Assembly (NCBI GenBank): GCA_030141605.1
Contig: JAQGDQ010000102.1
Span: 449,266 to 513,265 of the forward strand
Length of the DNA: 64,000 bases
Source of the DNA: Tubiluchus corallicola
Taxonomy: Eukaryota; Animalia; Priapulida
Direction of reading: 5' to 3'
A program made the position numbers and the translations under genes. The notes beneath the pieces are model-generated. The model was not told the origin of the DNA. It did no database searches and saw only the letters and a program-made list of their open reading frames with translations. This document shows positions 1-15,149 of the stretch, piece by piece. Positions within the stretch are counted from its first letter, which is position 1; each line of letters starts with the position of its first letter.

Positions 1-64
1 TCACATGTAACTCTCCTGCTCAAAGCACGGCAGAAGGAACCAGTGCTCATTGCCATCTTTTTAA

Positions 65-686
65 AGGAAAACCGGATCATATCTTAAACGTAGCTCAAGA
101 AATCTGCCGTATAAAACATTGAAAGGGAATATACTACTTTTTCAAAAATAACTATTAGAAAGAATTATTACAAATAGAAATGTAATTTCGCATTCATGCA
201 TTCATAGTTCTTTGCTGTTGTATACATTTCGTCAATTGCTAGTCAGATGAGCACTAGTGCTTGCAATTTTGAAATGCATTGCAAAAAAAACAGATGGTGT
301 ACCTCTCAGCTCAAAGATGTTCAGTTGTGATATAGTGCACACATGCGTATCTCATGCCTAAGCACAGCGGTAAACTTGAAACGCGAATTTCAAACTTAAA
401 ATTTGCAAATTTTTATATGCCACACTGAATGTTGGATAGCAGTACTGTACTTCAATTTTTACTTTTGCAAACATGTACAACACACTCATGGAATGTTTAT
501 GCAGTTGAAAATTATGTTCAGTTATCTTATCATTAGTTGGTGTTGCCCAAAATTATTACTAACTAAATTTTTATCCTATTACAGTATTTAATTACCAGAA
601 GCACCTTGACATGATCATGGGTATTAAAATGTATAGCTTATACCGTACTTCATACAGCAGGATATGAAAAATCATTTTGTTTTCCT
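65..686 (+). mobile_element. TTAA-type MITE (Kolobok-like), family K1
   Basis: Termini ttaa|AGGAAAACCGGATCAT ... ATCATTTTGTTTTCCT|ttat, with an inverted homologous copy at 49232..49842. Confidence 0.7.
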
Positions 687-3600
687 TTATGTAATCTTTG
701 CACAGGTTCGTTGAACTTGGAACGTTTCACTCCTAAGGTTCTCGTGCTACTTCACCATCATTTACTATTTACTACTACAGTGCTACTCTCGTGCTACTAC
801 AGTCATCATTTATAACTGTGAGAATTAGAAATTATTGGCGTAAATGACATAAAGGTGCACTGCAAATGCTTAACTAATTAATAGAATAAATGATAATGCA
901 CCGTAGTAATTTAACTCCCTTACCAATTTGCGAAAATATTCCTCTTCACGCGCTGCTTCCATTTTTCCAAAAGCTCCACCAGATTCCCTAAAAACAGGAA
1001 ACAAAAACAAGCGTAATTCAAAATTATGCTGTTACACTAGTTTAAACACCTTCAGTTTATTGTTTTACAAAAAATGAGAACTCCAATATTCACGAAATAA
1101 AACAAAATGTATTATGTGTAATGTATAAGGAAGGCAAGAAATGAAACCCCGTCCTCCCCCCTGTAAGGAAGAAACAACAAAAAGAACATTTAATTTTAAA
1201 AAAAGAACACTGATTTTAATATTTAGTACTGCTCTTCACAACTCTAATGACCATAAAAAAAGAACAGTACAATTCGCGTTTGTTTCTCAGTAAAAACGGT
1301 GTCGTGTTTTTTATTTGTTCAAAACTTCGTAAATTTAAAATTTGTGACAATACAAAGTGATAAGAATTTCAAAAACAGCAAAAATAAAAAACAATAATGA
1401 TTAAGACATTAAAAAATTTCTCACATCCATTTATAATAACTTTTATCCATAGAAGTTCTTGTCATTTCTTTGCACCCCACATACTGTACCTACGTGTGTG
1501 ATATATAAGTTACATACTTATACTTATACAAATACATATACACAATGTATGAAGATAACATATGAATATTACATAACTACATAATATGCGTGAGAAAAAA
1601 TATATACCGAACAGAACCGCCAGCTCCTCCTCCTTTTCCTGCTCCACTTCCCCATTCAGATCCGCCTCCACTCATATTGCGTGCTAAACTAAAAAAATAA
1701 TACAGACTTTAATCAGTCACTCGTTTATTAATTTAAACTTGTAGATGGATAAATGAAGAATATGTTGGCACTGTACTAAAACAAAACACATGTCATTTCC
1801 CATAATATGCAAAATCCATGGCTTTTAAATTAGCAGACAAAACAACAGTCATGAATTACTTGCACGACACTTACAGCTGTGAGGCTTTCTTGTTCTATAC
1901 AGAAAATTCATATTTGTACTTTGTAGACCCATAGTTATGACCACGCACTCGGTATTCAAACTGAAAAAAGCTAGGAACTGAAGGCTGAGCAAGTTTATCA
2001 AGTTTACGAGGTTAGCTGCTACTCATCAATCTTCAATTGTTAATTCAAATTTCAAAGCTCAAAAACAGCTAAAGTGGAATGATGTGCAATGTTAGCATGA
2101 CCTGTGCACCAAGCAACAATGTCCACTCAATATCATAAAGAAATTGTGCATGTAGAAATATGTTATAATCTTCCTATGTGAGTGGACTAATTCATGACAC
2201 TGATGGCATCAAGTGTCACTTGCTAACATCTCAACAACACTAGTCTTTACTGCTCTGGCTGGAAGCACGTTCCAAATCCCGAATGTTCAAGGGTAGAATA
2301 TAGGAGAGGGGTGTAGGAGAGGACACTGCATGGGTTTTAGACATACTTGTACTGGTGGCATGAAAGGATGCAGAAGGAAGATGGCATAACGCACACATGT
2401 GGGAAAGAGTATGATCAAAAGGTACTGTATAAAGCATTATGGCATGACAAAGCAGCCATCTATTTTCCAAAGCGTCCCATTTCAACTACTAAAGCAGTCA
2501 GTATTGTCACAATACCGACTTCTGAAAGACATTCACTTTTAAATATTATCGCAGTGTCATTCCAGTTGAGGCACAATACCGATATATTCATGAGCTAACC
2601 TTTGTTACTGGTACACCTGTAATTCTATACAATTATTATCAGTTACCTTGCTGTTTACAGAGTACATTTTTAGATGAGTAGTGGACAGCATCACCTGGTA
2701 ATGATTAAATCCTGAGTGACGCTTATATAAGTGATAAGAGACAACAGTCACGAAGTGACGTCACTAAGGAGTCACTAGATAGTGTAATATCCCTTTGTAC
2801 GCATGCGCGCTGCAATAATATTCCCAAAGGAATGCTGCAGTGACTACAGTCAGATTCAGGTTAAGACATTCATTCTTGTCTAGCCTCGAGCCAGATACTG
2901 CTAGACTACAAGCACACGTAATCCCCTTCTATTAATAATTGTTATTTTCCAAAACAATAACTACGTTCAAAAACAATAACTAATATACTTCATTCGTTAT
3001 TATTACCTTTGTAAAACAATAACTTGAGGACGACGAAATAACCTTAACGATGACGCCATGTTCTATTGAAGGTGATAACGGCAATAACAGAACTCTTTTT
3101 TTCTTAGTAAATCCAACTTCAACTTTCTACATGATCACAGATATTAACAACGGAGCGAAGTAAAAAAATTAATCATCTAAGAAAGTAGAGCATTCTGTAC
3201 CAGAAAGTGAATTCGAATCGAATCGTATTTGTCACTTTCGAATTCGAATCGAATCGTATTTGTCACTTTCGAATTCGAATCGAACCGAACCTCAGTATTT
3301 CGAATTGTGAATTGAGTTTAAAAGACTTTTGAACAGTTTTGAACCACCTGTAAAAAGCAGTCTTACAAATTAAGATCATGCGTATTACTCGATTTCGTTC
3401 TGAACTAAAACTAAAATCACTAATAATTTGTTTAAAAATTGTGAATAGAAATCACAGCCAAACTGTGCTAATTGCATGATGTTTCAACCGTTTCAATGAT
3501 AAAGAACGCATGTGCTTGAAGTGTTGAATTATTCAAATCTATAGTTTTAGGTTCGAATCGAATTCGAACTAAAAAACTTGTTCGAATCAAATTCGATTCG

Positions 3601-4599
3601 ATTGATCGAACTTAAAAACTAGATGCTCACCCCTACTAAACAGCCACCATCTAAGCAGAAAAATACATTTACAAAGCCACAAATATTTTTCCTAAATGCA
3701 AAAGCAGTAGTAGATAAAATTAGCTGTTTAATAACTATACCTATTTCCTGCGGGTGAAGAAATGTCATTTTGGCATGTGGCTTATCTTGAGTATGTTGTA
3801 GAACATCAATCAGCAAGAAGTTTTGCTGGCTTAAATTTGTACATTGTAGTTTAGAGTTGGTGAAAAAATAACATTAATTCCAATTTTAGGGAACGTTGGG
3901 CATTAAGAGTTGCACCTTCTTTGCCACTTTTAAATAGGCCACTAAGTTTTTCTTATTCTTAACAAAAAATATATGATCAAATAACAAAAATATTGATCAC
4001 CACAAAAACAAAAGTTTTATGGTGATCAATTTAATTAAAAGACTAATTACTAAATTAAATAATTAGGTTATTATTTTAATGACGTGTCAGTTGCTATTAC
4101 CCACCAACGTCATTGCAGTTGCTAGCATTGTTATTGCCGTTGCAGTTACTGTTGCTGCTATTCCCAGTATTATTGTTACTGCGCCAGCATTTGCTGTTGA
4201 CACTGTTGTCATAGCCAAGATTGTTATTGCAGTTATTAACATTACAATTGCAGCCATTGCCGTAAGTACTAATGTGCATAATTACATATTTTATCAACAT
4301 AACTTGAGAAAAAATTTATCAAGCAATCAGCATAATTTAGCCGCAATTTCTGTGCATAGTTTTAAACAAATTATTGCTGTGTATAAGTAATATGCGTGGC
4401 CTTGTTGTGAGATTGCTTTTTGTTGGTAATACGAACGTCTTTAAAAATGAAGTCACAATTCGAAAATCTTGAAATTCGGCTTGATTCGAGTTTGAAAATC
4501 ACAAATTCGATTCGAATACGTATTCTAGTGTGAATACACACCGCTAAAAAGTAACAAATATGTGCACCAAAATCTCTTGCTACATTAGACTAATTACAC

Positions 4600-5460
4600 T
4601 ATTGAGGCCTCTTACGTGCAATGATTCTTAATTGAACATTATGGCAAGATTTCCCTCAAATTACCGTTAGTATGGTTTTCGCTATGGCATTACAATTAAT
4701 TTTCTTTCTTGATGAATTGTACATCTCCGGTCATTTTCTTAATGAGCATAGTGTGACAGTATAATAATAGTTGTAGATAGAGCTAGCACAGAACACAGCT
4801 TGTAGTCGTAATCCAACAAAGTGCACAATTAAAGACACACAAAATTGCTTTGATGATTTTGATAAGATCACGCCAATAAAGCTAATAAAGGGTTCTGACA
4901 GCGCCATTAATTTTCTTGAATCTGAAAAAGTGCGTGAACTTGCTAGATGATTTGACTTTCAACTTTCCTGTTGAAGCGATTTATACATTTGGCAACATGT
5001 CTCGAATAATTCAATACTTGCCATGGTTTACTAGATTAATCAGCAGTGAACTTGCAGGGGGGGGGTTACAATTGAAGAATAATACCGTCAGTCTTCACGT
5101 GTCACATTATCAGTGGATATAGCGGACAACTACACAGTTATTGTTACTACTATAGTAATAATAACATTGTAAACATGTTATTGGTCCATGTTTCATATGG
5201 GTATGTTCATGACGTGGTTTCAAGCATTTATGACAGCTTTAAATATCTGAGTGGCAAGTATGTAAATCTCTTTGGAATTTTTACGTTTTATTTTGCCGAG
5301 AACAGTAAAGACTATCAAGACTGATTACATAAAAATGAATAAATTGTTACACTGGTATTTTGATTATTTCACAAAACCTATAATACTCAAGTTATGGGAA
5401 TAATATAAGCTAAAATTGCTTTAGCACCAATTTCTTTGAGCCTATACAAATAGCTGTGAT
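4600..5460 (+). pseudogene. Possible highly decayed LINE endonuclease region
   Basis: ORF 4916..5122 (LLDDLTFNFPVEAI...LPWF...GGGLQL) loosely resembles the start of an APE endonuclease; many stops. Confidence 0.3.
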
Positions 5461-8400
5461 TAGAAATAACAAAATTAGGCAGCTATGAGTGTGTGCCTGC
5501 CACACTTGTGGCGGCTTACACATGAAAGAATCAATTATGATGCAGCATCAGCCAGTATTATACGCCTCAGGTTGAAGGAGGGATGCAATTGGCTTTTACA
5601 CTCTCAACAGGGAAGCTGTAGCCAGCAGGATTCGATCAATGGTGACTGCTGTCATCTAGCGGCAGATTTACTCACTATGCTGAGAAGAGGCTGCTGCTGC
5701 AGCTTTGCTCTGCGGTTGACATCATTGTAGGTTTCTGTGCTGTACGTGTTGTCTTTTCGCGGCAGGAGGAGCGGAATAAAAAATTACTGCATTTGTTTCC
5801 ATTTTCTGAGTACCGCGTTGATAGCTGGCTGTTCGATGAAAGGAGGTATGTAAACAAGAATGCGTATACAGCGAATTTTTTGTTGTTGGTTCGAGTTCAT
5901 TAACCATTGTGTGTGCGTTTTCGTTTTCTCGTTTTGGCTTCGGTGTCAAAATAAGAAGGTTCGCGAGAGGTTAGTGCACGTTGTAAGCAATAGTAAACAT
6001 GGCTGATGGACGGTGTTCAAATTGAAGGTTTTACTTTTTAACAGTTTTGAATAATCTATTGAATATATTCGACAGGACTAATATTTAGATTATTAGCGTT
6101 GGTTAATGTTGTCCTTTAATAGCTGTAATGCTGTGCTATTGAATCAAATGCCCTGCGTCGCTGATACACGCGATTGTACAGCAGGATTGGGGGGAACAGG
6201 AAACCATTGATTTTGTGTGTAATTACTTGCTGATTAATTGCTCTAATTACTTACTGAAGCCTGCTCGTTTAACACGTTCATTTTATAATATAATTTGAAC
6301 CGGAAGGCAATAAAACAATAAACCTGGTGTATACATGTACAGTATTTGACTGTGAGAAAACAGCATTTAACCTAGGAATGCATTGACCTAGTTGAGTAAA
6401 ACAATGTCTCCTTTGTATTTTGGCTCATTTCCATTTTTCCTCTTTATAAGTGTTGGTAGCATTTGTGTAAGCGAAAATTAAGAAGCTGTGCTCAAATGTC
6501 CCAAATGGATATCCTGTGTTATTAAATTTTAATATAATTTTATAAAGCAGTTTTGATAAAATTTTGATTATTTTAGGTCACATATTGTCAATATTTTTGT
6601 GGTGAGGAAAATGTTGCATGTGAGTCAAAGCAAAATCAACCATTTTCTCAATCTGTAAACAGTTTGATCCACAAATCTGCAGTTTGCTTGAAATTCATAC
6701 TTTGCTATTAACCAGTTATCCGGCATCCGGAACTGCACCACCAGTTGAATTAATTCAAATCCGCGATCCGTTCCTGATCCGCAAAGTTTCCAATCTACAG
6801 TCCTGCCCACAGGGCTAGTTTTAATTCAGGAACACCTAATCGCTTGCCATTTTTTATTGCTATTGTGAATAGGGTATAAATTACTAAAAGAATTAGAACC
6901 ACAATGGAAGTGAATTTTCTTTTAGCAAATCCTATGCAAGCAAACGTGCATTTTGAAAAACACGCTGCAGCCGTAGTAAAAGTGATAAAAACTTAAAAAT
7001 CTTTTGGGATGCTCTGCAGTCCATCGGGAAGATGGGCACAAACAAAATTGTGAATGTTAACATGACAAAATAAAAAACAAGCACATTGTTTATCAAAGTT
7101 GCAGATTAACATTGATGATAACTGTAATCTGTAAAGACTCGATACATGAAAAAAACTGTGGATCACTCATCCCTGTCACTTTGTTGTATAATAACAAAAG
7201 AGCATCCCTACTGAATTTGGTAACAATGTAAATTTTATACAAAATGATTTTTTTAATGAAAATAGTACGTAGAATAACAAATCTAATAGCAAATAAATGT
7301 AAGTGTACACCAGTAAATAGTGCGTCATTTATGTACATGTATAGGCCTACATGTGTATTACATTTCACTATTATATTTATATTAACTTGGATATGTGTAA
7401 ATTATATAAAGTACTAAGTAAACTTCACTTTGCTGTGTGAGCACTTTCATTGGAAAATGGTGCGATATAAATGTATAAATAGAGAAAACAAAGATAAATT
7501 TAGAACTGGTTAAATTTCACAATCTGTTGATAGAAGTTTGATAATTTTAAATTGATCACTTTTAATCTTGCCATAATATTATGGTAACATCAACGTACTT
7601 CAACATTTTCATGATTTTTTGAAAATATATTAAAAAGTGGTGCAAAATTTTGTAACTATGTATTATTTGGAAAAATTTAAATACTTTTTACCTTTGTCAC
7701 ATGTATGTTTGATAAAATACCAGCTGATATTATATACAAATTACGTTACAGCATGAGAGTCTGTACATGACAAATGCATAGCATTAAAAATTATACCTAT
7801 TCTTAGCCTACCTAGTTTTAAACTAAGAGAAACATTTGCACATATTTAAGGGCATAGCTGGGTTCATACATTATGCTAATGAGATGAGTAATTAAATACA
7901 GTTAAATACATGATGAATGCTGAATTCCTTTAGAACTGGAGAAGCATATCATCTGTGCATAGTTTACATTATTCCATGCATAAGAGGCTATTCTGCATGA
8001 ATCTACATGCCACTATTATAGACCCTAGTGATTAATAGTTTACCTAAACTGTGTACTGAAGGCTAACAGAGGCCACTAATTACATTTGCAATGATTCTGT
8101 CAAATACGACAACAGTAGAGGCCCTTCCTGGTAGTCTTTAGCTACAGACCTGATGTGGTACAGTAGAGAGAAGCCACAAATATTGTCCAAATTCATGCTT
8201 GAGTAATTACCAGTCAGAAGAAAAAGTAATCCAAATTTTAAAAAAATATTTGTACAGCTTGTTTACATGGGTGAAAGCTTTATGCAAAGAGGACGGAATT
8301 TCAATTTTGCATTATTTGAAGGCGGAATAGAATAGTCAGACTTTGTCACTTGCTTTTAAAGCACAAGAACACCATTTGCTTATGTCATCTGTAAGGCTGA

Positions 8401-8870
8401 AACATTCGTCTTGAAATTTTATATCACTTACCTGCTGTCTTATTGCATACAGAGCTTGTGCTAGCAGTAAGACTGTGTAAACTTGTAAGTTCAAACTCCC
8501 ACAATGACCTTTACATGCAGCCATTTTAACAGTAAGTCATTTAAAACGAGTTTTGATAACATTGCGTAAAGTTTGAAAAAATAATCAGAGCATTCGTAAG
8601 CACACTCTTCACTAACTAATCAAAAGTATATATATTACTTTATATTCTCAATAAGATTAAAAATATGTTTTTTGATGAGTGAGTGGTGCAAACTGTTAAG
8701 CTAAATCAATGTCATTTCACCAGTTTGCACAAACACTTTAAATTACTCAGAATTTTCTGTTCTAGTTACATAAATTTTTGAACCAGACAAGCGTAGTGTA
8801 AAGTAATATAATTTTTTATGGAAAGTTTTTTGGAATTTAATTTAAATTAGCGTTTTCTTCCCTTTTCAAG

Positions 8871-9175
8871 GAAGCCGTCATTGCTGAGTCTAGTGTATTA
8901 GAGGTGCCACAGGGTGTGCTGGTTGTCTTAAAGCAGTTGCTAAGCAAGCGTGGCTCTAACCGTCTTCTGCGAGTGTTAGTTTTACCTTGTAGGGCCAGTT
9001 CGAGGACTAATCAAGAGTTCAGCATTCGAAAAACCACGACTGATTCAATGCCGATTGCTGTGGAGAGACCAGAATCTGTTTCGTTATCCAGGCTAATCAC
9101 CAAAGGTGAGATGCTGAATCATCAGAGGTGTCTTAGCCATGCTCAGATGGATGGTCAATTACCTCCCACTGCGAG
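8871..9175 (+). other. Possible upstream (5' UTR or alternative) exon
   Basis: ttttcaag acceptor, GAG|gtaaat donor and GC-richer composition. The acceptor coincides with the end of a MITE, and I found no phase-compatible partner exon. Confidence 0.3.
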
Positions 9176-10150
9176 GTAAATAGGGCTTCACAAACAGTAT
9201 GGAGAATAAAGTTGGGCACGTACAAGTCTGTGTACTAGCCTATTCACTCATATCCATTTAAAAAGTCACGGGTGAAAAATTCACAGAAAAAAGTCACAGA
9301 AAGAGTCACAGAAAAAAGTCACAGGCAAAAAAGTTCTAGGAACAACCCCAGGAAAAAAGCACAGGCAAAAGAGAAATAATACTAGCCCTAACTCTAGCCA
9401 AAACTAATGGTGACTTTTTTCCTGTGACATTTTTCCTTGGCAACATTGTGACTTTTTAGTGATTTTTTTCCTGTGACTTTGTTACCAGTCAACTTTTGTT
9501 CTACATCACTTTCCTTCAATGACGACTGTTTTGTTAAAAACGAGAATCGCTTATTATTTTGAGTGCCAGATGGCTTGGACGAAGTTATAACAAAATCAAA
9601 CAGCTGTACTCCTATCTCTTTATCTAATGGTTGAGAGACAGCTCTTAAACGCTCCTCTAGCTTTCAATCATTCTTTTCCCCTGGACGTGTTTGTGGATGG
9701 TGTTACGAGTTAAGTGTACAAGGCCCTCTGTTTCTTCTAAATTATGGTGTATGTTGACTTGGGTCGAAGTTTGTTTTGACATGCTGAGCTGGTCCCAAGT
9801 CACAACATGGAAGTGTTGTGCGTGTCGACCGTAAAATTCCTTAACGACTCGAGAAAAATGAGTTTCCAGACTTCATTGTAGGTTGGCCTGGTTCGTTTTA
9901 TTGAGAAATCTCTGTAGTTCACGCTTAGAAATTGACAAAAACGTGCAACACTTCTAACAGCGGCGAGAAAGGGGTGGGACATTAAGATTACAATTACCAG
10001 CGCGGAAATTTCTGGTTCAAAAATTAATCAAAATAAACAAATACCCTAAATAATTAGAATTGCGCTCTAGTGTTAACAATCTACCACTTGAAATGCTGAA
10101 TTTGGTTAGCCTTTTGTAAGGGATGAACTTTGAACTGCCTTGATCATTTT

Positions 10151-10225
10151 GAGATACGGTGGCCTAGTGATTAAGGCGTCTGTAATGTGAGCAGAAGGCC
10201 GCTGGTTCAAATCCAGACGGTAACC
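10151..10225 (+). mobile_element. tRNA-derived SINE head or tRNA pseudogene
   Basis: A box TGGCCTAGTGAT at 10160 and B box GGTTCAAATCC at 10204 at tRNA spacing, but no clean acceptor stem. Confidence 0.6.
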
Positions 10226-11676
10226 TAAATTTTTCACGACTCTGTCTTTCAAGTTTGGTGTCAAAATTTCATTATGTGTGGGTTTGTATCATCCAAGGGA
10301 GGGTAATTTGTTGAGTGGTCATGGTTACAGTCACGGCTGCGTGGTAAGTTAAGCATCACTGAGCCCGGTCAAAAATTTGATGGATGGTTGTCAGGAGAAG
10401 GCTTTTGGGCGAATGTATAGCTGTCATACTGCTTCCTTGTTCTTAGAGGATTATCTGTGGTAAGTGAGATATGTTTTGGTCCTTCCACAACATCTGAGAC
10501 ACATTTTCCAATTTAATCTCTCATCTTAGACGGTTAGCCTTTATTTGAGCTGGGTTTCAGTCGTGCCACTACCCTGCTGTTAAATGCTGGGGTCCCAGCT
10601 TGCTGTGTACTGAACTGTATAAAAAATATTTCTGAAGTGACATCATTGAAATGTTCTATATTAATTATTTAAAACATTTATTTCCCCAGGAAATTTAATT
10701 TTTAATCAACAAGAGGGCGCCCTCAGCAGAGGTACGTAATTATTTCTGGTCGTGACTGCAGTGACTCATAATTTTTAGGCTTGTAAGTCATAAAATAGAA
10801 ACCGTGCTAACATAAACCTCAGCAATTTCTTGCTACGTATCTACTTGCGCATCGAGTAACGTATCAGTTTTGCACCACTTTAAATGTATAATTTATCAAG
10901 TAAGAAAGCTGGAAATTTTGTCTTGAAATGTCGCTGAAGATCAAAGGCGATATCGTCAATAGAAAATTTCATATTTGAATGTAGAACAAAAATTGTACTT
11001 ATCGTGCAGCATTTCCACGTTGGATAATATGCATTCAAAATATGTGACCTTGAGTTTGACCCCAAAATGTTAATAACAAAATAGATGAACAGTGTAACTA
11101 TAACATTACCATTGCCTAAAGCATTCAGTATAAACCATTTCTCTGCCTTGTGTCATGTGAGGACTGGTATGTACACTATGTTGACCTCTGACTTCTAGCA
11201 GTGTCGATTATGCGTCGACTAGCTCAAAAATCGTCTCTCTTGAGAGTGACCGGTAAAGTCGCAGAAAAAGTTACCAATTCTGGCTAGGAAAAAATTTATG
11301 GTGACCGGAAAAAATTCACAGTTTTATGAAAGATATGACGATGAAAGATGGTCATGATATGGTGGCTATGAATGATAGTCAAGTAAATAAAAGTATTCAA
11401 GTCAGACAAAATTTATTTGAGTGAACGATTAAAGTAATAAAAGAGGAATCAGTTATTAACTGGCAATGCATGTCTGGCACACGTATACTGAGAACGTTAT
11501 CTATATATGATGGCATTACATGTATAAACGCGTTTTGTTCAATATCGTGGGGCTTGGGTTAGGGGTTAAGGTATTCCTTTTTTCTTGTGACTTCATGTGA
11601 GTTTGTTATCTGGATTCCTGTTGTTAGGTCATTCCGTTGAGAGACTGTCTGCTAGTAATGTCTTTGCGGCTTTATG

Positions 11677-12512
11677 AAGACATGCAGCACCTTTGATCTC
11701 CCTTGTGTACGTATAGGACATGCAGCACCTTTGATCTCCCTTGTGTACGTTTAGGACATGCAGCACATTTGATATCGTTTGTGTACGTATAGGACATGCA
11801 GCACCTTTGATCTCCCTTGTGTACGTTTAGGACATGCAGCACATTTGATCTCCCTTGTGTACGTTTAGGACATGCAGCACCTTTGATCTCCCTTGTGTAC
11901 GTTTAGGACATGCAGCACATTTGATATCGTTTGTGTACGTATAGGACATGCAGCACATTTGATATCGTTTGTGTACGTTTAGGACATGCAGCACCTTTGA
12001 TCTCCCTTGTGTACGTTTAGGACATGCAGCACATTTGATATCGTTTGTGTACGTATAGGACATGCAGCACCTTTGATCTCCCTTGTGTACGTTTAGGACA
12101 TGCAGCACATTTGATCTCCCTTGTGTACGTTTAGGACATGCAGCACATTTGATATCGTTTGTGTACGTATAGGACATGCAGCACCTTTGATCTCCCTTGT
12201 GTACGTTTAGGACATGCAGCACATTTGATATCGTTTGTGTACATTTAGGACATGCAGCACCTTTGATATCGTTTGTGTACGTTTAGGACATGCAGCACAT
12301 TTGATATCGTTTGTGTACGTTTAGGACATGCAGCACATTTGATATCGTTTGTGTACGTTTAGGACATGCAGCACATTTGATATCGTCTGTGTACGTTTAG
12401 GACATGCAGCACATTTGATATCGTCTGTGTACGTTTAGGACATGCAACACATTTGATATCGTCTGTGTACGTTTAGCACATGCAGCACATTTGATATCGT
12501 TTGTGTACGTTT
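11677..12512. repeat. 38-bp minisatellite, about 22 copies (AGGACATGCAGCAC[C/A]TTTGAT[CTCCC/ATCGT]TTGTGTACGT[T/A]T)
   Basis: Direct tandem periodicity of 38 bp with no spacers. Confidence 0.97.
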
Positions 12513-15149
12513 GGGAGTGTTCTGGTGAAAGTAACATTATGGTTTGAGATTTGGGAGTAAAGATACTTTCGCATGTTTTCGGTGCAACATCAGTTTGTTG
12601 CAAACAGTCGACATCTATGTTTAGAAAAAATACACCAGCTGGAAGAACTACAGCTTTTTATACGTTCGATTAAGTTAGAAAAAATTGTAACAAAAATGAA
12701 TCCATTCTTGAAAACTCAGCTTTTTGCAGTGTTTTGATTTGCAAAAGAAAACTACAAATTATTTGAGACGTAATTTGAGATCGATAAAATAGGCAAATTT
12801 AGAAAATTGCTTAATTGATAGTTTTCCTTTTTCATTTTTTCTACCTCGGTGATTTGCTTTGAAAAATTAATAATGGAGACCTGTTAAGTTAAAACCTGTT
12901 AAAGTCTGTAACACCACCTTTAATCAGTTTGGTAAGCAAACTTAAGCAGCTTCAAAAACTGACAATTCGCTAAAATCGGATCGTAGAGGTCACCTTGGAG
13001 AATTTGTTTGTCAAAGTAACAAAGGAGATTCCCTCTAAAGCCTATTTGTCAAAATCTTTAACTTTAACACCTACTTTAAATCACCTAAGTAATTAAATCC
13101 GAGTAGTTTGAAAAACTGGCAAATTGCCAAGACGTACGTCCGCGAGGTCATCGTAAGCTTCATTACCTCTTGGCGCATTGCATATGGCGTTGGTTGTGGG
13201 GATTATATATTTTTCAATACGGTATTGACCTCTGCACTTGGCGTGAATCATTATTATACCCGGCGGATTATTGATTTTTTGCTTCAGGACAAAAGGCAAA
13301 TAAGCGAGAAGTTGGTTTAAGCTGGTAGCAATGTTTGAAATGCAAGGAAGTGTTTAGCAACTGTACCTATTGACCGCAAACCTGAACGGTTGTTTGAAAA
13401 TTCAGTTCATCGCGACACTTTTAAATAGAAAATCAGTGAATCAGTGTTAACTCGGATAGGCTGAAGGAGCTGTTGCCTAGTAAACGCTAAAATGCTTAAA
13501 ATGCAATCATAAGCAAGGCGAATTGTTTTAATACGAAAGTTAAGCAACGTTGAATCTAGTTAACGAATAGATGGCTGACTATATGGGCAGTTTCATATGT
13601 CGTACTGCCACGAACTGCTTCTGTGACGTTGTATGCTTGGGTGCCAAAGTTAAGCAATGCTGAACTAGTTAGTGTATGGACGGGTGACATTCTTTGCAGG
13701 TTCGTACGCAGTACTACCACGAACTGTTTCTGTCGTTGAAGGAATTTCATGTGCATTGGAGCTTTGAACTTGTACGACTGACCATCTTGCGGTTTTTTGC
13801 CCAGACGTATCACGTAAGCTTAAAAAGTTGTATCTAAGTAGTATTTTCAGTATTTTCTGTAGTTATCTAGCGTGATCACCTTAGTGAGGAGGTATCAGAT
13901 GATAAAAGTGCATGATTTAACTGAAAATGTCCCTGTATGATTTTAAGAATGAAATGCTGTTTGAAGTAAAGGGAAAAGTGATATGGTCATTGCCTTACCC
14001 TCCTGTTCTCCAGTGTAACTAGACCATTTAGTCCTATTTAAAAACTTTAACACCGAAAGTTATCGATGTGTTGAAGTCTTCCAGTAGCATTGGAAAGATC
14101 TCTGTATTTTGACCTAAAAAACAATTAAATATGCAAAAGAGAAAAAGAAAAATTTTAAAAAATGATTAAATGATATTAAAAAGTATAACATATTAAAAAA
14201 TATTCAATGATTCAGTGAAATGCGAAATGATTTTTGCATAACGAAATCTTTCCACACTATAAGTATGTTGAAGTGACTTACATTTAGTTGCGCTTTTTGT
14301 ACAGTATGCTTTGAATGAGCACGGGGGTTGGATTCCGTCAGTTCTGTTTAACTGTCTGCGCGCAATTTAGCCGATACAGTCTACTAAGCACGAAAAGCGA
14401 ACATCGAACAAACATTGAAGCCAATTAAACTGAAACTCTCAAATCTACGTCACGTAGAGTTATGAATCTAGGTAATAAAATCATAAGTAATAACAGCCGG
14501 AATAAAACCCTAACCCTAAGCCTAAGCATAATCCTTGAGCGTAAGATGCTGATAAAACGTGGTTTTTTCACATACGTAATGCCATCATAAATTATATAAA
14601 TAGTATTGTCAATATCTACTAGTCATGTACTGCTAGTTAATAACAGATTTAAGATATTTTTGTGTCATTATTTTTATTGTTTATGGTACTTAAATAAATT
14701 GTGACTGACTTGAATATTTCTTCGGATTTCCTGGCTTTCTTTCCTAACCAAAATTATGACTTTTTCCCGGCCATCATAAATTGCCTTTTTTCCCCTGTTT
14801 TTTTTACCTACGACTTCATTACCTGGATTCAAAGCGAAAACTCGTTCAAATACCGAAACCAATTAAGCTGAAGCCTTTAAATTTATTACACGTAAACTTA
14901 CATCACGGCCGAGAATAGGTTTCTGTGTTTTTTGTAAACATAGCAAGCTGTAGATACAGAAGTCTCTTTCTGCGTATAAACAGCCTGTCATTAAGAGCTC
15001 TGTACATTCGCGTGCTTAATCTGTGTTAAATTGAACCCCGTTTACATCAAACGCTTACTTGTAGTTTAACCACCGTGAATTATTTTTCTTTGGGGCTCGC
15101 CTAGGCTGCCTAGAGGACAAATACAACAGCGAAGTTTACAGACAATGTG

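Noticed and set aside
2240-2598. Overlapping ORFs, possibly a LINE endonuclease remnant
   Set aside because: Only a vague resemblance on the minus strand; too decayed to support a call.
4079-4390. Hydrophobic membrane-protein-like ORF and antisense Asn-rich ORF
   Set aside because: Degenerate trinucleotide low-complexity sequence running into a MITE.
10151-10225. Functional tRNA gene
   Set aside because: A and B boxes are present, but the acceptor and anticodon stems do not pair properly; better read as a SINE head.
11677-12603. CRISPR array, or Cys/His-rich repeat proteins (ORFs 11827..12222 and 12397..12603)
   Set aside because: No spacers. The 38-bp period is not a multiple of 3, so the ORFs are just translations of the satellite.
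14505-14530. Telomeric repeat (CCCTAA/TTAGGG)
   Set aside because: Only 2-3 imperfect units, and they are part of an interspersed repeat family also seen at about 11560 and 23575.
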